A stretch of 55,517 nucleotides of DNA from Chiloscyllium plagiosum (GCF_004010195.1 NC_057740.1:33138165-33193681), one strand, 5' to 3'. Shown: positions 1-14,163, counted from the stretch's first letter. Program-made: numbers and translations. The notes: a model not told the origin generated them from the letters alone.

Positions 1-200
1 TATCTCAGTATTCTCCTGAACAACATTGCCTTTTTCTAGTGTGAATATGACTGAAAAATATTCATTTAGTGCTTCCCCTCTCTCCTATGACTCCACGCAC
101 AACTTCTAACTACTATCCTTGATTGGTCCTAATCTTAGGCTCGTCATTCCTTTATACCTGATATACCTATAGAAAGTCTTAGGGTTTTCCTTGATCCTAT
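1..200 (-). mobile_element. CR1-type LINE ORF2 fragment
   Basis: Resembles degenerate CR1 endonuclease-RT linker sequence; truncated by the window edge. Confidence 0.5.
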
Positions 201-1330
201 CCAAAGAAGGGACTCATTAGAATGCAAACAGTCACTACACTGCATTAATGTTGTCACACAGCACTTCTTTGAGGTATTGCCTTGCCTTATTGATACTCTA
301 TAACTAAATAACTGAGAAAGAATAATTATTAAGAACTTGCATATCACTAGAGAGGCTTTAGGCCAGCCTATGTCTATCAACCAGTTCTGAAAACTCTCTG
401 CTCATATTTTAAAGCTATGACAAATTCTAATGCAGCAGTCTAAAACAATAATATTTTAAATCAAACAATCCTCAACAAGGACAATTAAAATAGGCTGAGG
501 TAAATGTAACTTTTCCTAATAAATTACCAAGAATTAAATGTTGGTTTCTGTTACTATGCCACATATAAGGAAATCCCAAAATATTTAACTGTTAAAGTAC
601 AAATTAGATTCATGCTTAGTTGAAGTTGCAGCAGTTTAAATTTTATAGATTTTACCTTGCTTGAATTTGTATTGTTTTCTTATTAAACTTTTACTTCAGA
701 TTGTAACCATGTGCTCATTTTATATCCTGGCTGTGGCTCTCACTTTAGTTATTTCTGCACAGAAGTCATTGTAAACGATGGTAAAAAGAGAAAAGTGCAT
801 CGAATAACAACATTGACATATTCAATTGGTTTTTGCCCAAATCCGTTTTAAAGTTTGCAGATATTTTAGTCATAAATATTTTGGTCATATTAAGACAAAC
901 CAAGAAATGTATTATTTATTTTGAAACAGCAATTTAGTGTTCTATGTTTTGTATTCTATTTTTCTAAACCCAACTTGTTTCCATTAAATGCAGGAAATAC
1001 ATAAATGTACTGACATATTATTTCTTTTTAGATGTTAAATGTCTTTCTGGCATTTGCTGGTTCTATCTATTTGTACTTTTGTCAGCAGTAATGAATGAGG
1101 GAAATATTTAATTATAATTACGATCAGAAAAGAACAGTAATTTGGATAATTGCTTTTAAAGATCTTGGACAATCTTCTCTTTATAAATTATTCAACTCAT
1201 TTCAACTCTTAAAAATAAGCTACAATGCTCAGAAAATTTCTTGAATATTTGAAAATTACACAATAAAAAGAGAACAAGCAAATATTTTAATTCTAAACCA
1301 AAAACAGGAAATATTGGAAACACAACAAGA

Positions 1331-2232
1331 CATAGAGCTATAGAGCCACAGAGATGTAAGCACAGAAACAGACTCTTTGGTCCAACTCGTCTATGCTGAC
1401 CAGATATCCTAAATTAATCTAATCCCATTTGCCAGCACTTGACACATGTCCCTTTATACCAATTCTATTCATATACCCATCCAGATGCCTTTTAAATGTT
1501 AAAGTTGTACCAGCATCCACCACTTCCTCCGGTAGCTCATTCCATACATGCACCACCCTTGGTGTGAAAAAGTTGTCTGTTACATTTTCCCCTCACCCTA
1601 AACCTATACCTTCTAGTTCTGGACTCTCCCCTCACCCCTGCCAGGGATAAGACCTTGTCCATTTATCTTATCCATACCCCTCATGATTTTATAAACCTTT
1701 TGAAAAGGTCATCCCTTAGCCTCTGATGCTCCAAGGAAAACAACCACAGAGTATTCAGCCTCTTTCTATAGCTCAACACTTCCTCCCCATCCTTGTAAAT
1801 GTTTTCTGAACCCTTTCGAGTTTCACAACATTCCTTCCTATAGTAGGGAGACCAGAATTGTACACAATATTCCAAAAGTGGCCAAATGTCCTGTACAACC
1901 ACAACATGATCTTCCAACTGCGATACTCAATGCTCTGACCAATGAAGGAAAAAGCAAACACCTTCTTCACTGTCCTACGTACCTGAGATCCACTTTCAAG
2001 GAACTATGAACCTGCACTCCAAGGTTACTTTCAGCAACACTCCCCAGGACCTTACCCTTAAGTGTACAAGTTCTGCCCTGATTTGCCTTTCCAAAAATGC
2101 AGCACCTCACATTTATCTAAATTAAACTCTATCTGCCACTCTTTGTCCCGTTGGCCCATCTGATCAAGATCCTGTTGTACTCTGAGGTAACCTTCTTCGC
2201 TGTCCACTACACCTCCAATTTTGGTGTTATCT
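1331..2232 (-). mobile_element. CR1-type LINE 3' fragment
   Basis: Minus-strand ORFs with LEYCVQFWSPYY and KLERVQKTFTRM (CR1 ORF2 C-terminus); degenerate (catagag) tail at 1331. Confidence 0.9.
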
Positions 2233-2544
2233 TTTGTGGAGAGAGATACTGGGCAGTGGATCAGTTTTGGTTTTCTGTCATAAAGAACTCAATACTATCA
2301 CCAAAATAGCCACCTACTACGTTGCCTATAAACACTGGTAGTCCTGATTTTCTAATCATTTGCGTTTCTAAATAAACGATTGTATTTACTACACACAATT
2401 ATACCATTTGGCCCAACTTGTCCATTTCAGATTTTACACTCTACACAAACCACCTCTACTGTTCTTCATAAAATTCCATATGCCCGGATACATTATTCTC
2501 TCATGTGCTCAACTTGAGTCTCCATAAATTTTACATAGTACAGA

Positions 2545-2780
2545 ATTGCAAATGTTACTTCCTTGTTTAAGAATGTGTATAAGGTTAAGATAGTAACTAT
2601 TGATCATTCGTTTTAAGGTTATTGGTGAGAAAAAAAATCAATAATGCAGGACCCAATTAACAGTCTCTCAGAGAAATGCAAGGTGATTAAGGAAATCCAG
2701 CATGGAATTATGAAGGGCAAATTATTTCCAACTAATTAGACTAAGTGTTTTGATGAAGTAACAGAGAGAGTTGATGAAGA
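2545..2780 (+). mobile_element. Old CR1 RT fragment
   Basis: Degenerate ANVTxLFK and QHG(F)MKGK-type coding remnants. Confidence 0.55.
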
Positions 2781-2792
2781 CGTGGAATATCA

Positions 2793-2915
2793 CCTGATGA
2801 AGGAGCGTCGCTCCGAAAGCAAGTATGCTTCCAATTAAACCTGTTGGACTATAACCTGGTGTTGCGTGATTTTTAACTTTGTACACCCCAGTCCAACACC
2901 GGCATCTCCGAATCA
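2793..2915 (+). mobile_element. Short PLE terminal-repeat insertion with hammerhead-like core
   Basis: CTGATGA (2794), stem ggagcg/cgctcc, GAAA (2815); flanked by the 10-bp direct repeat tggaatatca (2783, 2916). Same family at 46270 and 54755. Confidence 0.75.
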
Positions 2916-2959
2916 TGGAATATCAACAGTAGTTTCAATTGGGCAACTAGTGTGTCAAT

Positions 2960-3133
2960 CACAGAATGATGCCGGAAATGTAGTTCTAACAAACGCATCG
3001 CGTAGTCATTAAGCGGATTGGAAGAAAGGTTTGAGAGTCAGCAGATTGGAAGATTAGTAGGAGATCTACAATAAACGGAACGTGTTGGGAGTCAGTAGTG
3101 TGTTCTGTTATTTTTGGTAATATTCATTACAAA
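2960..3133 (+). promoter_or_regulatory. Probable REEP6 proximal promoter / 5'UTR
   Basis: Local CpG enrichment in AT-rich DNA, ETS-like ccggaaat (~2972), and two inverted CCAAT boxes in a repeated gattggaaga (3016, 3044) just upstream of the ATG. Confidence 0.45.
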
Positions 3134-3248
3134 ATGCCGTCTTTGCGAGAACGCTTTGAGAATTTCCTGAACGAAAAGAATTTTATCACCAACATATTGG
3201 GGAAAATTGAGGAGAAGACTGGAGTGCGTAAATACAATCTAGCTACAG
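3134..3248 (+). CDS. REEP6: REEP6 coding exon 1 (MPSLRERFENFLNEKNFITNILGKIEEKTGVRKYNLAT-G)
   Basis: ATG at 3134 with A at -3. The peptide matches the REEP5/6 (DP1/Yop1) N-terminus (LRxRFExFLxEKNxxTxxLGKIEEKTG). 115 coding nt end at a phase-1 donor CAG|GTAGGA. Confidence 0.95.
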
Positions 3249-5239
3249 GTAGGACGTACAGGCTCGCTAGCAGCCATTGCGTTGTATTGTTGAATGTCAA
3301 GATGAGCTGGCTTGTATCGCAATTTAGCTTTTTTTAAAAAAAAACTTTGGATGCTGGTAATCCAGACATAAAAACAAATTGCTAGAAAAACTCTGGAGAG
3401 AAAACCGGTTTAACGTTTTGGGTCCAATGACCCCTCGCGTCACCCCTTGCATGTTGTTAAAGGTTGTAGTTGCTTTTTAGGAAAGTTAGATACAACATTG
3501 GATACAACTCAGTGAAACCGACAGAGTGGAAACTGCAGAGGTCACTTAAATACGTGTTTTCCCCGATCGGTGTTTGCCAAGCAGTTTTGTTTGCAAAACT
3601 GAGCTGTAATGACTTAAATTGCATTGTTAGCGCGTGGTCTTGGAGCTGAATGACATGTGATTTGTGTCAAAGGACAACTACAAATTGAAAGACTTAAAGG
3701 TTATTCTATGCGTATACTGACTGAATTGCTTTTTTAAAACCTGCTAACAATTTGGTTGGAAACTTAGTTTACTAAGTGGGAACCACAATTGAAATAACTT
3801 TCGCTTAATTGTGGTACATATAGGAAATTTCAGAACTTGGTTATCTGAAAGATTGTTATTTTGAAGTAGTAGGGCATGTATTATACAGACTAGAATGCTG
3901 GGGGATATGTGATGTACTGGGAATGTTACTGGATTATTAATCCATATTCAGGCTAATCCTCTGGTGCAACACAGGTTCAATTCAAATTCAATTAGTAAAA
4001 GCTGGAATTGAAAACTAGTCTCAATGCTGCCGTCGATTGTTGACTGACTGTTCTTTTTTTTAAAAAAAAGTGGCTTTATTCATTGACCACACTTGTGTAT
4101 GTGTAACTCATGTGACAGGAAAGTGGTTGATTTTGAAATAACCCAAAAAGCCATTCAGTTCAAAGGCACTTGAAGATGGGTAACAGACTTTGACTCTTGC
4201 CAGTAAAGCACATGTAAAACAATAAATTAAAACACTAATGACACTTCCTTTTTTGAAAAGGTAAAACAACAATGCCAGAATACAGAATTCAACGTATCTG
4301 GGAAAGATTGAATGCAAGGGGCTTCTTTTTCCTCTAGAAAGGAGAAAGCTGAGACGTGACCTAGTAAAAGTTTTGATGCAAGGAATCATCATAAATTTAT
4401 TTTAGAATTCTTTGATAGACAGTGTTCAGAAATTGGAATATAATAGTACAGGAAATTTGAGGTTAACAATAACTGATGCATTTGAAAAAGAAACTAGATG
4501 GACATACATGCAAAAGAGGTTATGCTATTAGAACTAAACTGAAGGAGGCAGATATGTACAAGCACTGTGAACCAACATCCAAGTTTCCCTGCTATATGCA
4601 AAAGATTTTAAAGACAAGATGTTTCCGATATTCTGTTCAAATCCCATGCCTTTCTAGATCTATCTGCACCTTCAAGAAGCTTCTTTTTAAAACTTATTTC
4701 CTGATGTTATATTGTTTTCTTGTCAGTCTGAAAATTTTCAATTTGAGTTCTGAAGTATGAGCTTCATATCTCTGAGATCAAAAGATATTTTTTGAAAGTA
4801 AGAATCCTCTTTTTATACTTGCAATACAAAGTGTATTCGCATGTTTTAGACATCCACAAATGTGCAGATTTTGTTTGACATTATGTTTTCAGTATGTGTA
4901 CAGGAACTTATTAATTTGTTTATTTGCACATGGTGGAAATATCTTTGCATTTCCAAATATCTTTGGACTTAGGCAGGAAAAACCAGGCAAGGGAATGCAT
5001 GAAGAATGTAACAACCTGAGGGATTGTTGAGGACCATAGAACTTCGATGTGCGTGTTCATCAGTCCCTTCAGGTTGCAGTGCAAGTACATAAAGTGGTTA
5101 AGGCATATGGATATTTGGCCCTAACTGTATTTAAAAAGTTGGTTACACCACAGCTATAGTGTGCAGTTCTGGAATCCACATTAAAGGTGGAATATGATAT
5201 CATTAGGGAAGGTGTAGAAGAGATTTACCAGGATATTGA

Positions 5240-5700
5240 ACAAAAAAGATGAAAGAACTGTGAATGCTTGTAAGCAGAAACAGGAACAGAGTGCTGGAAA
5301 AGCTCAAGCCTGGCAGCACCTGTGGAGAGCAGTCAGTCAACATGTCAGGTCCGGCAACCGTTCAGATCAGATTTTCCACATGAAAGAAAATCTCACCTTG
5401 GTGACTGAAGCATTAATGTGGTAATTCCCTTACACATCACACACCTTTTTATACAATTAACTCTGGAAAGAACCACAATCCATTACTGGATCCTCCCAGT
5501 TTGGATAATGGCTCAGCTACTTGCTGTCATTGAACTGAACAGCTGAAAAAAAACAATTATTGAAGATGCTGGAAATCTGAAACAGGAACTATGTGCTGGC
5601 AAAATACAACACAAGGCCTGGTAGCAGAGAAGAGTTAGTGTTTTAAGTCCAGTGACCATTCATCAAAACAAATGAACAGAATAGCAACTGTGCTGAAAAC
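5240..5700 (-). repeat. Two degenerate short PLE-type terminal repeats (related copies near 3340-3440, 31600-31710, 48790-48950)
   Basis: Shared gatgctggaaatctgaaaca...ctggcagca...gagttaac sequence. Confidence 0.55.
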
Positions 5701-6369
5701 ATTTCTGGGGTTGAGCATTTTAACTGTTATCACATGTACATACCATGTAACTAAGAAGAGCAAAATGTAATGCAAGTTCATAAATTGTAACTTGTATTGC
5801 CTGTCAACCTCGATACTAAATTCCTCTCTTAACTTAATCTTTGTAAGAGTTACCAATAAAAGTATTGTAGTGTGCTTGTGTTGTATTGCTGAAGGTGTTA
5901 CCAAACCAACTACTTCTGTTTAAAACTTGCATTATAACTAACCTTTGTGCTGTTTGATTTCTAGTGCCCAAAGGCAATTGCATTTGGCAAATAACAAGGA
6001 AAAGAAATTCAAATAAGCAATATTTCCATAATGTTTCTAAGGTGTAGCTCCATTGCAACTCTGTTAATTCTATACTAACTTCATTTTATCCATTTATAGC
6101 AAAATTAATGCTTCACAAGGAACAATTGTCTTTTTTGTTTGCCCATCTGGATAAATTGTCGGTGATTATATCACTGAGGTCAATTGAGAAGCAGCCAGGA
6201 CAGTTTAAACTTTGATCTGTGTCTGCAAGGTATTGATCCTGCATATATTAAAGCAGCTCTTCATATGGCCATTTTGGTGCCAGCAATTTCTTGCATTTTA
6301 TATCAATATTTAATCCATACATAGGTTTCCATATCTTGAGATGTGTTCCAGGATGGGAGAAGGAATTTG

Positions 6370-7220
6370 GAGGTAAGTTTGCAGATGACACCAAAATTGG
6401 AGGTATAGTGAACAGGTGAAGAAGGTTACCTCAACACTACATGATCTTAATCAAATGGGTCAAGGAGTGGCAGATGGAGTTCAATTTAGATACAGCATTT
6501 TGGAAAGGCAAATCGGGGCAGGACTTGTACACTTAATGGCCTGGGGAATGCTGTTAAACCGAGACCTTAGAGTGCCTTGAAAGTGGAGTCACAGGCTAGT
6601 GAAGAAGGCGTTTGGTATGCTTGCCTTTTATTAGTAAGTGCATTGAGTATAGTTGGGAGGTTATGTTGTGGTTATATAGGACATTAGTTAGACCACTATT
6701 GGAACACTCTGCAAAGCTGGTCTCACTGCTATAAAAAGGATGCTGTAACTCTTGAAAGAGTTCAGAAAAGATTTAAAAGGATGTTGCCAAGGTTGGAGCT
6801 GTAAGGAGAGGCTGAATACATCGGGGCTACTTTCCCTGGAGCCTCCGAGGCTGAGAGGTGACCTTTTATAGAAGTTCCTAAAATGATGAAGGGCATGGAA
6901 AGGGTGAATAATCAAGGTCTCTTTCCAGGAGTAGGGGAGTCCAGAACTGGAGGGCATCTTTAGGGTAAGAGGGGAAAGATGTGAAGGGGCAACTTTTTCA
7001 CGTGGAGGGTGGAGCATGTTTGGAATGAGCTGCCTGAGGAAGTGGTGGAGACTGATAAAATTACAGCATTTAAAAGGCATCTGGATGGGTATATGATTAG
7101 GAAGGGTTGAGGGGGATATGGTCCAAGTGTTGGTAAGTGGGACTAATTATTTTAGGATATCTGATCAGCATGGATGAATTGGACTGAGGGGCCTGTTTCC
7201 GTGCTGTACAACTCTGATTC
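6370..7220 (+). mobile_element. CR1-type LINE 3' fragment
   Basis: aagtttgcagatgacaccaaa (KFADDTK) and 3'UTR homologous to 1331-2232. Confidence 0.9.
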
Positions 7221-7699
7221 TATTTCACTTGAGCTACATATTGAAATATGGTCCAAGTTACAAAAATAAAATTCTGATCTGGGATCATGAAGGAAATCCA
7301 GTAACTTAAATTCTAGGATAAAACGTCTGTGTGCTTTTGCCACGCTTGTGCATATTGGCAATATGCTGTGAAGTATTGTCACCCAGAACAAAGGGAGTGA
7401 AAGAGTGATGTCTACATGTTAATGCCCATCCTGTTCAGGTTGGTGAGTGCCTTGGCTGCCATCACTTTCAGCAGTGAGTCTTGCATTTAGCGTGGGAGAG
7501 GAGGTGTAAGGTGCTACTGTGGAAAAATCAATTTTGACACGCTAGTCCATTGTCAGAGCTATATATCAGAGCCCAATAGACAGGACCTGGGCTTGGGGGC
7601 TGGGGGCTGCTGTGCTCAGGTTAAGGGATGGAGTTGATGGCTTGGACCACCAATAGCTCTGGGAACGATGATTTCCTTTCCTGCCCCTGCGAGTTGCAA

Positions 7700-7985
7700 C
7701 ATAATTGTAGCACTTTTTTTTGAGTCAAAAGTTTCCAGGTCCAACCCTCACTCCAGTATTTGAGCTAACAGGCCAGTGCAGTACGGAGGAATAGTCCATG
7801 AAGTCTTGACCGATATTTATCTATCCCACAGTTAACGTCAAAACGGATCATCTGGTTTTGCTACATTGTTTGAGGTATCCTTTGCACTAGTTAGCTGCTG
7901 CATTTCCTACATTTATGACTGACTGCTCTTTAAAAAGTAATTAATTGGCTGTGAAGCACAAATGTCAGGTAGCCATGAAATGCTA
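7700..7985 (+). mobile_element. Old tRNA-derived SINE, DeuSINE/SacSINE-like (related copy at 54310-54690)
   Basis: ctccagt..cagtgcagtac and gctgctgcatttcctacatt...aattggctgtgaagc motifs; family name from recall. Confidence 0.5.
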
Positions 7986-9969
7986 CAAATCACTTTCAAA
8001 GATCTAACAGCTCCCTGGTTTGGAGAATTCCAGTCATTCAAAACTCTCTAGGAGAAGAAATTTATTTGCATCTCCGTTTTAAATAAGTAACCTCTTATTC
8101 TATAACCTTAACTGTTCCCCTAAAAATTCTTTATCCATTATAGTGACCTGCTGACTATTTCATGCTTTTTCTGTTTGTATAAATCTGTTGTCAGGTTAAT
8201 CATAAAAAAACCTGTCAGTTTGGCTTTCACCAAAGCTTCAAGGATGCAGATATTTTGCTTGCTTGGTTAACTTTTTTTTTGCTAGGTGTTCATTCAAGTA
8301 AACATTCTGTATTCCAATTTGAGCAGATTAAAAGTTAGTTTGTTTCTGGAAAGTTATTCGGCTGTTAAATTTTAACTGTTAAACTTTGGTACAGTCTTGA
8401 TGCCTGAAGAGCCTCTTCTGTACTATATTGCTGTAGGACCTAAATATGGTGAGACTGATAGTAGCACTTATCTCTTTGTATTGGATTAATGTGTTGGCTA
8501 GCTACGATCTGATTTACCTTTAGATTCTTGTACCTGTACGTAGGTACTTGTACCTGAGATGGCTCCTTTTGTGGTGACATTATAAACTTTTCACAATACT
8601 CTTGTACTTTTGTCAGTAATGAGAACTATGTGCTCTTCCAACATCTGGTCACAACCATATACATTCATTATTGTACACATGACAATAAAAATCAAATCCT
8701 AATAGATTCTGATGGTTGATTATGTTATGAACATGTTATGACACACCTCTAAGCCAGGTGATACTTGAACCCTGGACCTTCAGGCCCAGGAGTAGGGACA
8801 GTCAATGTGCCACAAGAACACTCTATTTTAAATGCAGTCAAATCCAAAAAGAAAACAAGTTGACGAGCTCTGGGAAAATTAGTGACATCACTTCTTATCC
8901 TTCACTTTGTAACAATATTTGGCCCCTCCAATTTGCTCCACCATTCAACAAGATCATGGCTGATCTGCCCAAAGCTTCTACTCTTTTGTGCCACCTTATC
9001 ATAGTCTTCAACCTCATTGTTCCAAAGATCTTTCTATATCCTCCTTAACTAACTTCAATGATCTAACCTCCATAACTGAGTTTTTTTTTTCTGGAAGAAA
9101 GTCTCTTATCCCAGTTTAAATGAGTGCCCTCTTATTTTCAAAATATGTCCCTTATTTTTGAGATTTCCTACCAAGTGAACATTCAGCCTGTCAGAAAAAG
9201 TGTGAAATAGTCAGTAGGTCACTCTGTAATGGCACTTACTCTCTGGATAAAGAATGTTTTAGGGGAACAGTTGGGGTTTAGAATAAGTGAGAATCATATC
9301 ATATACATTTCAATAAGTGTCCAGCCGTTCTTGACAAGTCAGCTTCTTTCTTGAAACAGGCCGAATGAATCTCTTTTTTTTTTTAACTGCCTCCTATGCC
9401 AGTATACTTTTACTTTAAAATATGGGGACAAAAACTGCCCACAGTACTCCAGAGCAGACTTAATTACACATTATACAGTTCTCGCACAACTTCCCTATTT
9501 TCACACTCAGACTCCTGACAATGTGGTCAGAAAGAATCTTCAAATTTCTGTTCTAATGAAATCACTGTCTGAAAAAGATTTTTATTTAAAAATACTCCTA
9601 GATACAGCAGTTGCATATTATGAATAGTAAAATTTACAATGAATGTATATGGTTGTGACCAGATGTTGGAAGAGTGCACAGTTCTCATTACTGATAGTGT
9701 ATGAATGCTATAATAGCCTAAATAAGTGAAATAAATTGGGACTAGCTGGATTATTAGAATATTTGTGAAACTAATAAACCTGCCTTTCAAAAAAACAGTA
9801 CTTTTTTTGTTTTATTTTTGAAATCTTTTTAACAGATCTTTCTATAAAGATACATTTTGTTCTTTGATTTAGCACTGGGTGAGAATGTAACCTGTTGTCC
9901 TCTTAAAACTATTACTGGGCTATTGCTGTGCACAAGGCAAGCTTAATTAAAAACTTCCGGTAGTAGTGA

Positions 9970-10089
<120 letters not shown>

Positions 10090-11936
10090 TAAGTATGACC
10101 TTCAAGTTCTGTAAAAATGCATCAGTGTTCCATTGGTCATCGTTTTGACTTCATCTAAATCAACAGCTTTCCTTCTATTTTCCCTATTAATTTCCAACTC
10201 CACTTTCTGTCTTTGTCCTTAAATGTTGCTGCTTTTAAAAGCATTGCTTATTATGTTTGTAAGCTACAAAAGCACTAATTATTACCTCCGGTAAAGAAAA
10301 GCATATTATCAAACACTTTGCATTGCAAATGGAAGAAGTAGCTCTGGTCCACTGTGCAAAACATGGTCCTTTTGCTCAAAGAAAATTTTGTGAAGTTACA
10401 AAAGTTCAGTAAAGATGGTAAAAGCCTGATCCTGACTAAAATGCTCTGCACCAAAATGGGAGGTGTCAAAACTTATTTCCTAAAGCTGAGTTGAAGGACC
10501 TTTTTATTGCTATCCACTCTCAAGTTTACACATCAATGCGTTAAATATCACTTATGTGAACCAAACTTATGGTCAGATATTGGATCACTTTAAAATGTAA
10601 TCCTGATGCCTAATTTATAACTAATTGATTTCTCAATGATATCTTAAAAGAAAATACATGCTTGTAACTATTTTATGTTTAGGTTTCTGTGGATGACAAA
10701 AAGTGCCTTCAAAATTCACAAATTGCACCATATTCCTTTCTTTAACTCAAATGGTTTTATTTTTGTATGTAATTTTTCCTGTCCTTTCGTCTGTGGACAT
10801 TGCAGTGACTAGCTGTGGGCATCTGCTCCAGATTGTTCAGTGAGCCAAATTCATTTTTCCTAGCATTTTATTCTCCATTTGCTTTGGGGTATGTAATGAT
10901 TTCAATCTGCCTTTTATGTCTACGTTCCGCTACTCACCACATAAGGAAGCATGGCCCATGATGCACTGATGTTTAATTTATACTCAGCTAGGGTCCTTGA
11001 AAATTAGCATCAACTGAATTGCTCAGCAATATGTAAACTCTAAATTCACCATTCTAGTCCACAAACACTTCATGAAACTTATTGAGATTTTAAAAATCAT
11101 TTTGGTTTATATCTGTGGTGCTATTGTTTTATATGATCTCACATGATCATTTCAACCCTCTTGTCTCGCAGCCCTGCAGGCTTAAACACTGCTTGCATTG
11201 TTCATTTGTTCCTGTTTATCTAGAGCAACCTTGATGCTGTTTCTAAAGTGGCAATGAGGAGGTCAGAATTGACAAAATTCATCAGTAATTGGAGTCTCTG
11301 ATTTTTGTCAAAATACTATTGCCAGCTTCCTTGTTTTTAAAATGCTTACATTGGTACTTTGAATTTTCAATAAAAGAATGAAAATTACAGACAAAAAGTG
11401 TATCACTGACAAATGAAATTTTAGATTCCCTTGTATAATTGGTCTGTTTTTTCTAATTCAATTTATAGTTGCAGGATTGTTTTTTGTGTAACTGATGTAC
11501 CTTCTCTCCAAGGGTGGTTTTCAAAGATTTGATGATCTTGTTCAAGACAACCATTTGACAAGCTGCAATTTAAAAAAAGTCCTTTAATATTGGGCAAATA
11601 CTGCCCATTAGTCAAATGGAAAAAGGACTACAAATCTTTTTTTTTGAATCTTCCATTAATGGGATATCCAGTTTTGTGGCGAGTTTCTCATCTACCTAGG
11701 ATTAACATCTCATTATCTTTTATAATGAAAAAGCTTTGTGATGAAGTATCTCAATTTATGCTTATTGATGGGTGGAATTGAAATACTTTTACTTGGGCTG
11801 AACTGTAAAGTAGTACTCAACTCTTCTGCTTCAGTAGAGGGGGGGAAAAAAAGCTTGTCTAATGCTTCTAAAACAAAATTCTTTTAAATGTGACAAGCAA
11901 CTGCCTATACCTCAGCCTCTGCGCAAAGCTTGCATT

Positions 11937-12638
11937 GTTGTGGTTCTGTTCACCGAGCTGGGAATTTGTGTTGCAGACATTTCATCCCCTGTCTAGGTGA
12001 CATCCTCAGTGCTTGGGAGCCTCCGTTGAAGCGCTTCTGTGATCTTTCCTCCGGCATTTGTAGTGGTTTGAATCTGCCGCTTTCGGTTGTCAGTTCCAGC
12101 TGTCCGCTGCAGCGGCCGGTATATTGGGTCCAGGTCGATGTGCTTATTGATTGGATGAGTGCCATGCCTCTAGGAATTCCCTGGCTGTTCTCTGTTTGGC
12201 TTATCCTATAATAGTAGTGGTGTCCCAGTCGAACTCCTGTTGCTTGTCATCTGAGTGTGTGGCTACTGTCGCCACACACTCAGATGACAAGCAACAGGAG
12301 TTCGACTGGGACACCACTACTATTATAGGATAAGCCAAACAGAGAACAGCCAGGGAATTCCTAGAGGCATGGCACTCATCCAATCAATAAGCACATCGAC
12401 CTGGACCCAATATACCGGCCGCTGCAGCGGACAGCTGGAACTGACAACCGAAAGCGGCAGATTCAAACCACTACAAATGCCGGAGGAAAGATCACAGAAG
12501 CGCTTCAACGGAGGCTCCCATGCACTGAGGATGTCACCTAGACATGGGATAAAACGTCTGCAACACAAATTCCCAGCTCGGTGAACAGAACCACAACAAT
12601 GAGCACCCAAGCTACAAATCTTCTCCCAAACTTTGAAT
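11937..12638. mobile_element. Fold-back PLE 3' fragment forming a 330-bp palindrome
   Basis: Arms 11934-12263 and 12271-12600 with a 7-nt loop; 9-bp direct repeat gcttgcatt (11928, 12639); sequence matches the GIY-YIG C-terminal end of the 43276-45062 element. Confidence 0.92.
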
Positions 12639-13348
12639 GCTTGCATTCTTTGAGATCAATGATGCAGCCTTTCAATATTACGAATTGGGGTTGTGAGACT
12701 ACTTTTACTTATGATTTTTAAGGAGACAATTGCTTGTATAGTAATGGATAAAGGTGGGCGAAATTTAAGAAAAGTTGGATATAAAGTATATGGTAGAGTA
12801 AAAGCCGATCTCCTGTAAAAGTTGACCCCCTGTTTTTGACCAGGACATCTGGAATTTTCCAGATACCTCATGTAAAAGTCAATGCTCGTTCTTCGCAGAT
12901 AACAGATGAACATTTGAGTGACGGTATTATCGTATTTTAAAAAAAATGTTACGAGGAAATTTTTTTCATGCTATTATGTATACTCCTATTCAATTTGCAC
13001 CAATATGGCACAAAAGTTTAAAAATGCATCAGGCCAGAGTCAGGTGACAACTTAGTGCTTCGGCAGAACTAAAATTGCACAAAAACTGCCTACTGAACTA
13101 TAAGATATTACATTTCCACCAGTTTGTAATCAAAGACTACAAGTATCACTTTTGTTTCTATTGTCCTTATTCAGTAATTACTATAGTTCATTTGTGTTTT
13201 GTTTTATTCATTCATTTAGAGATCAGTTAGGCTTCTGCTAATGAAATGGTATTTTGGACTGTAGCACGAAATTCAGCCCCTCAAAAGTAGTGTCCATGTA
13301 ATAGTCGACCCATAAATTTTTAAAACAAAACAATTTGCCTTTTACAGG

Positions 13349-13458
13349 TGTGTGTGTGTGTGTGTGTTTTAGTTCGTACTCTCCTCTACATTAACTAGAA
13401 ATACTGAATTTCCAAGCTCTGTTTAAAACCTGCATTTCTATTAAATCATTTTTTTACA

Positions 13459-13514
<56 letters not shown>

Positions 13515-13594
13515 CTCCTCTCCTCTACATTAACTAGAAATACTGAATTTCCAAGCTCTGTTTAAAACCTGCATGTCTATTAAATCATTTTTTT
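13349..13594 (+). repeat. (TG)n microsatellites with a ~77-bp local duplication
   Basis: TG runs at 13349-13367 and 13461-13512, each followed by ctctcctctacattaactagaaatactg...aaatcattttttt. Confidence 0.9.
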
Positions 13595-13718
13595 TTTCTC
13601 TGTTGACAGATACTATGGTAATTGATATGACACTTAGTTTTACCATTATGACACTTGCATTTCAAGAGTACAGAACTGCATGTCAACTTTTAAATGGCTT
13701 GGTATTGCATTGACTTGA

Positions 13719-13997
<279 letters not shown>

Positions 13998-14163
13998 TAA
14001 GCTTTTTGGCACTAATTCCAAATATCCACATTTTATGGAAATCACTGTTTTGCATGCTGTAAAAAATGCTTGAACTTGAACTTGGACTATTTTCAGTTAT
14101 TTTGTGGACTATACTGTCTGGTGGCTAATATTGAGGATTTTTTTTTATTTTTGTTTCATGCAG

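Noticed and set aside
11930-12646. Identical ORFs on opposite strands suggesting a gene pair
   Set aside because: They are a by-product of the PLE palindrome.
12790-13350. Possible DNA-transposon remnant (repeated gtaaaagt(t/c)ga and gtcgacc motifs)
   Set aside because: I could not define terminal inverted repeats or a target duplication with confidence.
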